14,010 bases of DNA, from contig JBIIPZ010000078.1 of assembly GCA_044342325.1 (NCBI GenBank), forward strand, positions 1 through 14,010. The letters are read 5' to 3'. This stretch comes from Terrimicrobiaceae bacterium (GTDB taxonomy: Bacteria; Verrucomicrobiota; Verrucomicrobiia; Chthoniobacterales; Terrimicrobiaceae). Position numbers and translations under genes: made by a program. This document shows, one piece after another, positions 7,090-14,010 of the stretch (positions within the stretch are counted from its first letter, which is position 1; the number at the start of each line of letters is the position of its first letter). The notes under the pieces were generated by a model. That model was given only the letters and a program-made list of their open reading frames with translations, was not told where the DNA came from and did not search any database.

Positions 7090-8447
7090 TCCAAAACCGC
7101 CGGATCGCCGTAGAGCGTTGATCCGCTGGCGCGAGTTATTTTGACAGGGAAAATCTGGCCGATGTGGCGAGGGGCTCCCTCGAAGACGACGATTTTGTTT
7201 GTGCGGGTGCGGCCCGTGAGGCGCTCTGTGTTGTGGCGGCTGGCGCCCTCGCAGAGGATTTCGGTTTGAGTGCCGACGAGGGCGTTCAGCTTGTCGGCGA
7301 CATGGCGATTTACCAATTGGAGTAGATCCTGATTGCGGGCTTCCTTCACCTCCTCGGAAATTTGGTCTCCCATTGTGGCCGCGGGAGTGTTCTGGCGCGG
7401 CGAGTAGCGGAAGATGAAGGCGTTGTCGAATGACACTATGTCGCAGAGCGCACGGGTTTGCTGATAGTCCTCCTCTGTTTCGCCAGGGAAACCGACAATG
7501 ACATCCGTCGTGATCGCCATGTCAGGCCGCGCGGCACGAATGCGCTCGGCGAGTTTCTGGAATTTCTCAGCCGTGTAGCCTCGGCGCATGATTTTCAGGA
7601 TGCGGTCGGAGCCGCTTTGAAGCGGCAGATGCACATGCTCGACGAGTTCGGGCAGGCGCGCAAACGCTTCGATGAGATCGTCGCGGTAGCCGATGGGGTG
7701 GGGGGATGTGAAGCGCACTCGCTCGATGCCATCCACCGCGCAGACAGATTCCAGCAACTGAACGAATGGGGAAATGCCGTCGCGCTTGGGAAATTCATGG
7801 CGGCCGTAGAGGTTCACGATCTGACCGAGAAGCGTCACCTCCTTCACGCCGCGCTCCGCGAGGGATCGGACTTCGTTGGTTATCTCCTCAATCGTCCGTC
7901 CTCGCTCCTCGCCGCGTGTTTGCGGAACAATGCAAAACGCGCAATGCATGTTGCAGCCTTGCATGATCGAAACAAACGCCGTGACCTGGCCCGCCTCGAC
8001 TTCCTGCTCGCGGATCGTGCTCTGGGAGCCGATCTCCTCCTCGGTGTCCACAATCGCCCGCCGCTCGTCATCGATGAGAGCGTGCATGCGGGTTTTTAGG
8101 AGGTCGTCCACATAGTCCGCGACGCGGTGGAATTTCTGTGTGCCCACAACGAGATCCACATGCGGGGAGGTCTGCAGAAGCGACTCTCCTCGGGCCTGGG
8201 CCATGCACCCAAGGTAGCCCAGGACGAGATGCGGACGATTCCGCCGGAGCTTGCGCAGCATGCCCATTTTGCCGATGGCCTTCTGCTCGGCCATGTCGCG
8301 CACGCTGCAGGTGTTCAGCAAAATCACATCGGCGTCTGTTTCATCTGTAACGAGTTGATATCCGCGCTCAGCGAGCATTTTCGACACCTGCTCGGAGTCG
8401 CGCTCGTTCATCTGGCAGCCGTAAGTTTTAATGTGGACGCTGGGCAT
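7086..8447 (-). CDS. miaB: tRNA (N6-isopentenyl-A37)-C2 methylthiotransferase MiaB
   Basis: ATG 8447. Motifs: TYGCQMNERDS, NTCSVR, LGCMAQ, radical SAM CNMHCAFC, RVRFTSPHP, HLPLQSGSD, DVIVGFPGET, and a C-terminal TRAM domain (GRTRTNKIV). Confidence 0.96.
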   Translation of the reverse strand: MPSVHIKTYGCQMNERDSEQVSKMLAERGYQLVTDETDADVILLNTCSVRDMAEQKAIGKMGMLRKLRRNRPHLVLGYLGCMAQARGESLLQTSPHVDLVVGTQKFHRVADYVDDLLKTRMHALIDDERRAIVDTEEEIGSQSTIREQEVEAGQVTAFVSIMQGCNMHCAFCIVPQTRGEERGRTIEEITNEVRSLAERGVKEVTLLGQIVNLYGRHEFPKRDGISPFVQLLESVCAVDGIERVRFTSPHPIGYRDDLIEAFARLPELVEHVHLPLQSGSDRILKIMRRGYTAEKFQKLAERIRAARPDMAITTDVIVGFPGETEEDYQQTRALCDIVSFDNAFIFRYSPRQNTPAATMGDQISEEVKEARNQDLLQLVNRHVADKLNALVGTQTEILCEGASRHNTERLTGRTRTNKIVVFEGAPRHIGQIFPVKITRASGSTLYGDPAVLD

Positions 8448-8501
8448 TTTGGAGGAGGGGAATTTGCGGTAGACCGGCGCTACGGGCAAGGACAAGTGTA
8501 T

Positions 8502-9281
8502 TCAAGCCATGCCGAGAATCCAACCTTCCGTCTCAGCTTGGACGCGCTCGGCGGAGCTCAACTTGGGATGAAAATAACCGCCGAGTTCCTCGAGGGCATC
8601 AGTCTCCCTCATCCATCGCGCCGCACTGTAGGCGTCGTGCTGGTCCGGGGTTCGATCCTCGACGGCAAAGTTCCTGCTCGATAGCGAAGGGTAAATTTCC
8701 GCAACGACGGATCGGCCTGCCGGTGGGGTCCATCCATCGAATGGCCAGAAATGCACGCGCTGGCCGAGTTGCCGCTGCAGGTGCAGAAGCCAAGGCAGGC
8801 CCGCATGGGTTGACTTCGCCACGCTTCCCTGCACATCGAAATGAAAGACCGACTTTGCGCGGGCGCGAAGCTCTGTCAGTCGCCGCCAACGCGAATCGCC
8901 GAGACGCGAGGGCGCACGGCCATGGAGTCCACGACGGATGAGTTCCACAGTCATCTCGTCGCCATCTGTGGGCCAGTGGTGATGAAAGTCTTTGAGAAAT
9001 GCAGGCCAGGCATGCGGGATGCGGTGAACCTCGAAGTAACGAAGCGGAAAGGAAAACGCATGGTCTATGCCGACAAGGGCAGGCGGCCCCTCATGAAGTG
9101 CGGTGGAAAGCCACTCGGCAATCCCCCGCCGGGTCCAATACTTGCTGCGACCGGGAGGCGGGCTGACCTCTCTAGGCGGTTGTGTGGGCGTGGCGGAATA
9201 AACGCGCAAGCCCCGCAGGCTGGTGGTGGGAGTTGCCGCCCCCGAGTAGTCGATGCCGATGTAGCGTTGGAATTGGGACAT
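8502..9281 (-). CDS. Conserved hypothetical protein, DUF429-like / RNase H-fold predicted nuclease
   Basis: ATG 9281. The motifs YIGIDYSG, LVGIDHAFSFP, VHFWPFDG, VVAEIYP, DQHDA and EGWILG give the acidic-residue pattern of DUF429-like proteins. Confidence 0.7.
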   Translation of the reverse strand: MSQFQRYIGIDYSGAATPTTSLRGLRVYSATPTQPPREVSPPPGRSKYWTRRGIAEWLSTALHEGPPALVGIDHAFSFPLRYFEVHRIPHAWPAFLKDFHHHWPTDGDEMTVELIRRGLHGRAPSRLGDSRWRRLTELRARAKSVFHFDVQGSVAKSTHAGLPWLLHLQRQLGQRVHFWPFDGWTPPAGRSVVAEIYPSLSSRNFAVEDRTPDQHDAYSAARWMRETDALEELGGYFHPKLSSAERVQAETEGWILGMA

Positions 9282-9322
9282 GCCGCCGCAGCTTAGGATC
9301 GACAGCTGAACAGCGCTTCGCG

Positions 9323-9811
9323 CTAGAGGCCTGTTTTGCGGTCGAAAACGGCGAGCATCTCCGAGTGACCGCCTCCGGCCTCGTAACAATCGAGTTCGGC
9401 GACACGCCGGGCATGGCGTCCCCCGTCGAAGGGTGTCGCAAGCCAGATATCCACGATCTCAAGGGCCAGCTCCAGCGGGATCATGCGCTGACCGATGGAG
9501 AGGGCGTTGGCGTTGTTGTGACGGCGGCCGAGTTCGGCGGTTTCATGGCTCCAGCACAGCGAGCAGCGAATGCCTTTGACCTTGTTCGCAGCGATGGCTT
9601 CGCCGTTTCCAGATCCACCGATGACGATGGCGCGCTCGGTTTCTTGGCGCAACACGGCTTCCGCAGCGGGGATGATAAAGAGTGGGTAGTCCGTGCTCTC
9701 GGCACTGTCTGTTCCGTAGTCCACCACCTCGTGGCCGGCCTTTTTCAGGTGGGCGATGATGGCTTCCTTGTATTCAAATCCGGCGTGGTCGCTTCCTATG
9801 GAAATTTTCAT
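9323..9811 (-). CDS. rpiB: Ribose-5-phosphate isomerase B
   Basis: MKISIGSDHAG, DYP, GGSGNGEAIAANKVKGIR, RRHNNAN and FDGGRHARRV. The start overlaps the bioB stop (ATGA). Confidence 0.95.
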   Translation of the reverse strand: MKISIGSDHAGFEYKEAIIAHLKKAGHEVVDYGTDSAESTDYPLFIIPAAEAVLRQETERAIVIGGSGNGEAIAANKVKGIRCSLCWSHETAELGRRHNNANALSIGQRMIPLELALEIVDIWLATPFDGGRHARRVAELDCYEAGGGHSEMLAVFDRKTGL

Positions 9812-10821
9812 AATGTGCAGGCGGGTTGTTGTTGGTCTGAGTAAGGGGCTTGAGGTTCAAGGCCCAGGGATTCCAAGAGCGCACGGTCGTCGTCGACTCC
9901 GGGATTCGATGCCGTGAGGAGCTTGTCGCCGTAGAAAATGGAGTTCGCTCCGGCGAAGAGGCAGAGTGCCTGTGCCTCGCGGGTCAGGCGGTCGCGGCCG
10001 GCCGAGAGGCGGATTTTTGCCTTCGGAAGAACAATGCGCGCCGTGGCGATCAGGCGGACAAGCTCGAAGACATCAATCGGCGGGGTCTTGGCGAGCGGCG
10101 TTCCTTCAATGGGAGTCAGGCAATTGATTGGCACACTCTCTGGCTCGGGGTCGAGTGAGCAGAGGACCTCGAGCATTTTGAGTCGGTCGGTTTCCTTTTC
10201 GCCCATGCCGATGATGCCGCCGCAGCAAACGCTCAGACCGGCGCGTTGCACGGATCCAATCGTGTTCAGGCGGTCTTCGAATGTGTGGGTGCTGACGATC
10301 TTTTTGTAGTGCTCGGGCGAGGTGTCGATGTTGTGATTGTAAGCAGTGAGACCGGCTTCCTTGAGCTTGCGGGCTTCGATATCACCAAGTTGGCCGAGTG
10401 TGACGCAAACCTCCATGCCGAGCTTGCTGACTTCGCGCACAGTTTCGAGCATGGTCTCGAATTTGGGGTCGCCGTCGCGAACGCCTTTCCACGCCGCGCC
10501 CATGCAGAAGCGGGTGGAACCATTTTGTCTCGCGCGCTCGGCAACAGGCATCACCTCTTCCGTGGTCATCAAGCGCTCTTTCTGCAGTCCTGTGTTGTAA
10601 TGTGCACTCTGGGCGCAGTAGCCGCAGTCTTCGCTGCAACCGCCCGTCTTCACGCTGAGCAGCGTGCAAAGCTGGACTTCGTTTTTCGGCCAGAATTCCA
10701 GAAATACGCGGCGGCTTTCCTGGATCAGATCAAAGAGGGGACGGTGGTAGATTTGCTCGAGTTTTTCTAAAGTGGGTCTCACAAGGATGCCGTTTTTAGT
10801 CTCCCTGTTTGGCGGAGTCAA
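9808..10821 (-). CDS. bioB: Biotin synthase
   Basis: KTGGCSEDCGYCAQS (radical SAM), RFCMGAAW, VCVTLG, YNHNIDT, VCCGGI, PESVPIN, IRLSAGR and GANSIFYGDKLLT. The start is uncertain (TTG 10821 or GTG 10782). Confidence 0.96.
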   Translation of the reverse strand: MTPPNRETKNGILVRPTLEKLEQIYHRPLFDLIQESRRVFLEFWPKNEVQLCTLLSVKTGGCSEDCGYCAQSAHYNTGLQKERLMTTEEVMPVAERARQNGSTRFCMGAAWKGVRDGDPKFETMLETVREVSKLGMEVCVTLGQLGDIEARKLKEAGLTAYNHNIDTSPEHYKKIVSTHTFEDRLNTIGSVQRAGLSVCCGGIIGMGEKETDRLKMLEVLCSLDPEPESVPINCLTPIEGTPLAKTPPIDVFELVRLIATARIVLPKAKIRLSAGRDRLTREAQALCLFAGANSIFYGDKLLTASNPGVDDDRALLESLGLEPQAPYSDQQQPACTL

Positions 10822-10842
10822 CCGATGGGTGAAACAACCCGC

Positions 10843-10870
10843 TTGAATGTCTCGCCGTCGTGGCTATTTT
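10843..10870 (+). promoter_or_regulatory. Possible sigma70 promoter for sodA
   Basis: TTGAAT (10843-10848), 16-nt spacer, TATTTT (10865-10870), ending 24 nt before the ATG. Confidence 0.3.
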
Positions 10871-10894
10871 GGCGGCTCTTAATTCTCAAAAACT

Positions 10895-11518
10895 ATGCCA
10901 TTCGAACTCGCTTCTCTTCCTTACGCCGCCACGGCACTTGAACCCAATATCGACGCCCGCACGATGGAAATCCATCACGGCAAGCACCAGGCAACCTATG
11001 TTGCAAATCTCAACAAAGCCCTCGAGAGCGCTCCCGAACTGGCTTCGAAGTCCCTCGAAGAACTCATCGGCAACCTTGCCGCTGTGCCGGAAGCAATCCG
11101 TGGAGCCGTGCGCAACAACGGCGGTGGACACTGGAACCATACCTTTTTCTGGAATCTCATGGGCCCATCCGCAGGTGGTGCTCCATCCGGCGCTTTGGCT
11201 GATGCCATCAACGCCGCATTCGGAAGTTTCGATGACTTCAAAGCCAAATTCGAAGCCGCTGGCCTCGCTCGCTTCGGCAGCGGTTGGGTTTGGCTCTGCG
11301 TGAAAGCCGATAAGTCGATCTGCATCTGCTCCACTCCCAACCAAGACAACCCGCTAATGACCGGCGTCGCCGATTGCACTGGCACCCCGATCCTCGGCTG
11401 CGATGTCTGGGAACACGCCTACTACTTGAACTACCAAAACCGCCGCGCCGATTATCTGAAGGCTTGGTGGAATACGATCAACTGGTCCGCCGTGGAGAAA
11501 AACTTCGCCAACGCCTGA
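10895..11518 (+). CDS. sodA: Fe/Mn superoxide dismutase, Mn-type signature
   Basis: [26 protein letters not shown] and [11 protein letters not shown] together with NQD is the Mn-type pattern. Confidence 0.93.
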   Translation: MPFELASLPYAATALEPNIDARTMEIHHGKHQATYVANLNKALESAPELASKSLEELIGNLAAVPEAIRGAVRNNGGGHWNHTFFWNLMGPSAGGAPSGALADAINAAFGSFDDFKAKFEAAGLARFGSGWVWLCVKADKSICICSTPNQDNPLMTGVADCTGTPILGCDVWEHAYYLNYQNRRADYLKAWWNTINWSAVEKNFANA

Positions 11519-11539
11519 TTAACTTTCATTCATAAATTC

Positions 11540-11575
11540 AAACGCCCGACTGGAAACGGTCGGGCGTTTTTGTTT
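11540..11575 (+). terminator. Rho-independent terminator after sodA
   Basis: AAACGCCCGACTG-gaaa-CGGTCGGGCGTTT followed by TTGTTT. It has a GC-rich stem, a GAAA tetraloop and a U-tract. Confidence 0.88.
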
Positions 11576-11593
11576 AAGTCCTCCGCTTTCACC

Positions 11594-12847
11594 ATGGCCC
11601 ACCTCAATTCAAACTACCTCAAACTCAAAGCCGGCTACCTTTTTCCCGAGATCAATCGCCGCGTCAAAGCCTTCACCGACGCCAATCCCGAAGGTGCGGC
11701 CCGCCTCATTCGTTGCGGCATTGGCGATGTGACCGAGCCCCTTCCGCCCGCCGTTCGCGAGGCCATGCACAAGGCCGTCGATGAAATGGGCGAGCGCGGC
11801 AGTTTTCGTGGATATGGTCCCGAGCAGGGGTATGAGTTTTTGAGGCACGCCATCGCAGAAAACGACTACCGCTCGCGCGGGCTTGAGGTCGCGGATGACG
11901 AGATTTTTGTTTCCGATGGATCCAAATGCGACTGCGGAAACATCCTGGATATCTTTGGTCACAACAATCGCATTGCCGTGATGGACCCAGTTTATCCCGT
12001 CTATGTGGATACCAATGTCATGGCCGGACACACCGGCGAGGCCGATGAAAACGGCCTCTACAGCGGTTTGGTCTATCTGCCATGCAATGCGGAGAATGGT
12101 TTCGTGCCGGAGATTCCGAAAGAAAAAGTGGATCTCATTTACCTCTGCTACCCGAACAACCCCACAGGCGCCACCGCCACATGCGCCCAGCTCACGGCTT
12201 GGGTCGAATACGCCCTCGCCAATGATGCGATCATCCTCTTCGATGCCGCCTATGAGGCCTACATTCGCGATCCCGAGATTCCGCATTCCATCTACGAAAT
12301 TCCAGGAGCACGCCGATGCTCAATCGAGTTCCGCAGCTTCTCCAAGAATGGTGGATTCACTGGAGTCCGCTGCGCGTTCACCGTCCTTCCAAAAGAACTG
12401 AAATGCCGCACCGCCACAGGTGAAATGACGCCGCTGCATCCTCTCTGGAACCGCCGCTTCAGCACGAAATTCAATGGCGTTGGCTATGTGACCCAGCGCG
12501 CCGCCGAGGCACTTTACTCGCCCGCCGGCAAAGAACAAGTCACCGCACTCATCGAGCATTACATGGGCAACGCCGCCATCCTCCGCGCGGCGGCAGAGAA
12601 ATGCGGCCTCGCAACGCTCGGTGGAATCAACGCCCCCTACATCTGGGTCCGCGCTCCCAAGCACCTCACCAGTTGGCAGGTCTTCGATAAAATGCTCCAA
12701 GAAGCCAATGTCGTCATCACGCCCGGCAGCGGCTTCGGGCCTGCTGGTGAGGGCTACTTCCGAATCTCGGCCTTCAACAGTCGGGCGAATGTGGAAGAGG
12801 TGGCAAAAAGATTGGAAAAAATTTGCTGGACTGGAGCTCTCGCGTAG
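11594..12847 (+). CDS. dapL: LL-diaminopimelate aminotransferase
   Basis: ATG 11594. Motifs: [66 protein letters not shown] and [19 protein letters not shown]. Confidence 0.96.
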   Translation: MAHLNSNYLKLKAGYLFPEINRRVKAFTDANPEGAARLIRCGIGDVTEPLPPAVREAMHKAVDEMGERGSFRGYGPEQGYEFLRHAIAENDYRSRGLEVADDEIFVSDGSKCDCGNILDIFGHNNRIAVMDPVYPVYVDTNVMAGHTGEADENGLYSGLVYLPCNAENGFVPEIPKEKVDLIYLCYPNNPTGATATCAQLTAWVEYALANDAIILFDAAYEAYIRDPEIPHSIYEIPGARRCSIEFRSFSKNGGFTGVRCAFTVLPKELKCRTATGEMTPLHPLWNRRFSTKFNGVGYVTQRAAEALYSPAGKEQVTALIEHYMGNAAILRAAAEKCGLATLGGINAPYIWVRAPKHLTSWQVFDKMLQEANVVITPGSGFGPAGEGYFRISAFNSRANVEEVAKRLEKICWTGALA

Positions 12848-12901
12848 TGTGTATAGAAATTCTCTTTGGATAAATCTTCAACTGATCCTACCCTAAAAAA
12901 T

Positions 12902-13504
12902 ATGAAGCTCATAAAAAAACTAACAGCTTTCACCCTCATTGAACTTCTGGTCGTTATTTCGATCATTGCTATTTTGGCTTCCTTGGCACTGCCAGCCATC
13001 ACTGGGGCGCTGGCCAGAGGACAAATGACACAAGCTGTCAGTAACATGAAGCAGCTCCACCTAGTCGCGCAACAAATTGCTTTGGACGGTTCAACCTCGG
13101 GCGATACCAATCTCGCTTGGCCGGGTGATCTCCCAACAAAAACCTGGGCGGCTTGGTCTGGCATTGTCACCAATGGCTATATGACTATAGCTGACCTCGC
13201 CAAAATGTGTTCAGCTCCGCCAATAACTGCAAATACAAACAATATTGTAAGTGGTAGCGTTGCTGGAACCTCTCGAGCTGTAATTGCTTATCAGGTGTCG
13301 GAGACAAATGACTCAGCAGTTGTGCTCTTCAGTTCATCCAACTTTACCAATCAAGCTACCCCGGTAGCGCCTATAGCTGCTGGCAAGCCTTTTGGTAATA
13401 AAGGTTTCGTTGTATTTCGTAAGGGTGGTGATGGTGGCGTTCTTCAAGCTAATCAAGCCACTAATACAAATGTCGTAGGTGGCTTCGCTACTACACTCGA
13501 CTAA
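12902..13504 (+). CDS. Type IV pilin-like protein (prepilin N-terminal cleavage/methylation domain)
   Basis: ATG 12902. The short basic leader MKLIKKLTA is followed by FTLIELLVVISIIAILASLALP (Glu at +5) and SNMKQL. The globular part is T/N/S/G-rich. Confidence 0.9.
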   Translation: MKLIKKLTAFTLIELLVVISIIAILASLALPAITGALARGQMTQAVSNMKQLHLVAQQIALDGSTSGDTNLAWPGDLPTKTWAAWSGIVTNGYMTIADLAKMCSAPPITANTNNIVSGSVAGTSRAVIAYQVSETNDSAVVLFSSSNFTNQATPVAPIAAGKPFGNKGFVVFRKGGDGGVLQANQATNTNVVGGFATTLD

Positions 13505-13522
13505 TCTAAATCCCAATTTTTC

Positions 13523-13867
13523 ATGACAACAATCCAAAAAATCGAATCCGAACAATTCAAGTCCGACACGACCCCCTTTCAAGTTGGAGACACCATTAAA
13601 GTCCACACTCGAGTGGTGGAAGGCGACAAGGAGCGTATCCAGATTTACTCGGGTATCGTGATTGGCCGCAAGGGCGCTGGTATCAATGAAAACTTCACTG
13701 TCCGCCGTGTTTCTTACGGCGAGGGTGTGGAGCGCGTTTTCCCAATTCACTCCCCTCGTATCGCCAAGATCGAAGTCGAGCGTCGTGGTGCAGTCCGCCG
13801 TGCCAAGCTGAACTACCTCCGTTCACGCAAAGGCAAATCGGCTACCACTGTCAAAGACCGCGCCTAA
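13523..13867 (+). CDS. rplS: 50S ribosomal protein L19
   Basis: [35 protein letters not shown] and [10 protein letters not shown]. Confidence 0.97.
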   Translation: MTTIQKIESEQFKSDTTPFQVGDTIKVHTRVVEGDKERIQIYSGIVIGRKGAGINENFTVRRVSYGEGVERVFPIHSPRIAKIEVERRGAVRRAKLNYLRSRKGKSATTVKDRA

Positions 13868-13897
13868 GACTCAAAGAGGGGGGCACGCCCGTCCCGG

Positions 13898-14010
13898 CAT
13901 GGGCGTCAAGTTAGCGGCCCACGGTCTTTCAAAATCGATTTTTTCGGTTTTTTGCGACGGAGTAAAAAAGCGTTTTTGTCCTCGAGGAGCCACTCGAACT
14001 CCTCGCCTTT
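13898..14010. mobile_element. Probable terminus of an insertion sequence extending beyond the window
   Basis: CATGGGCGTCAAGTTAG (13898-13914) resembles CAT-initiated IS4-like terminal repeats (recalled, not verified). A small ORF stops inside it. The second end and the transposase are not visible. Confidence 0.4.
13906..14010 (-). CDS. 3' fragment of a small AbrB/MazE-like protein
   Basis: My translation from the right edge is ...KGEEFEWLLEDKNAFLLRRKKPKKSILKDRGPLT*. The KGE-x-EW...hhLRR pattern resembles the second half of a swapped-hairpin domain. Confidence 0.55.
   Translation of the reverse strand, partial: KGEEFEWLLEDKNAFLLRRKKPKKSILKDRGPLT

Noticed and set aside
10822..10894. BirA operator or riboswitch upstream of bioB
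   Set aside because: There is no TGTxAAC...GTTxACA dyad. Only a 4-bp GGGT/ACCC hairpin is present in a short divergent spacer.
7458..12700. Long antisense or alternate-frame ORFs (e.g. 7458-8099, 8127-8684, 9182-9844, 10246-10770, 11609-12286)
   Set aside because: They are shadows of well-supported genes in GC-rich DNA and contain no recognisable motifs.

Overview
This is a bacterial chromosomal window with GC-rich coding regions. It is probably from a PVC-group organism (Verrucomicrobiota-like). That assignment is inferred from the AFTLIELL pilin-like protein, dapL, an FGE/CLec-type protein and the general lack of Shine-Dalgarno motifs. The left ~3.4 kb is accessory: a structured intergenic region, a 60-aa lipoprotein, a Fic-MerR HTH fusion, a SAM-domain + degenerate FGE/SUMF1 (CLec-fold) fusion, and an orphan class I methyltransferase. 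The centre is mostly housekeeping. nifS and tex (+) converge on a minus-strand bioB-rpiB-(DUF429/RNase H-like)-miaB run, with a ~100-bp palindromic element built from 9-nt units between them. sodA, a terminator and dapL follow. At the right, a low-GC type IV pilin-like gene sits between dapL and rplS, followed by a probable IS end and the 3' fragment of a small AbrB-like ORF. I found no CRISPR array, RNA gene, reverse transcriptase or complete transposase. The most unusual items are the two convergent domain fusions, the palindromic element and the compositionally foreign pilin. No complete novel system can be established from this window alone.
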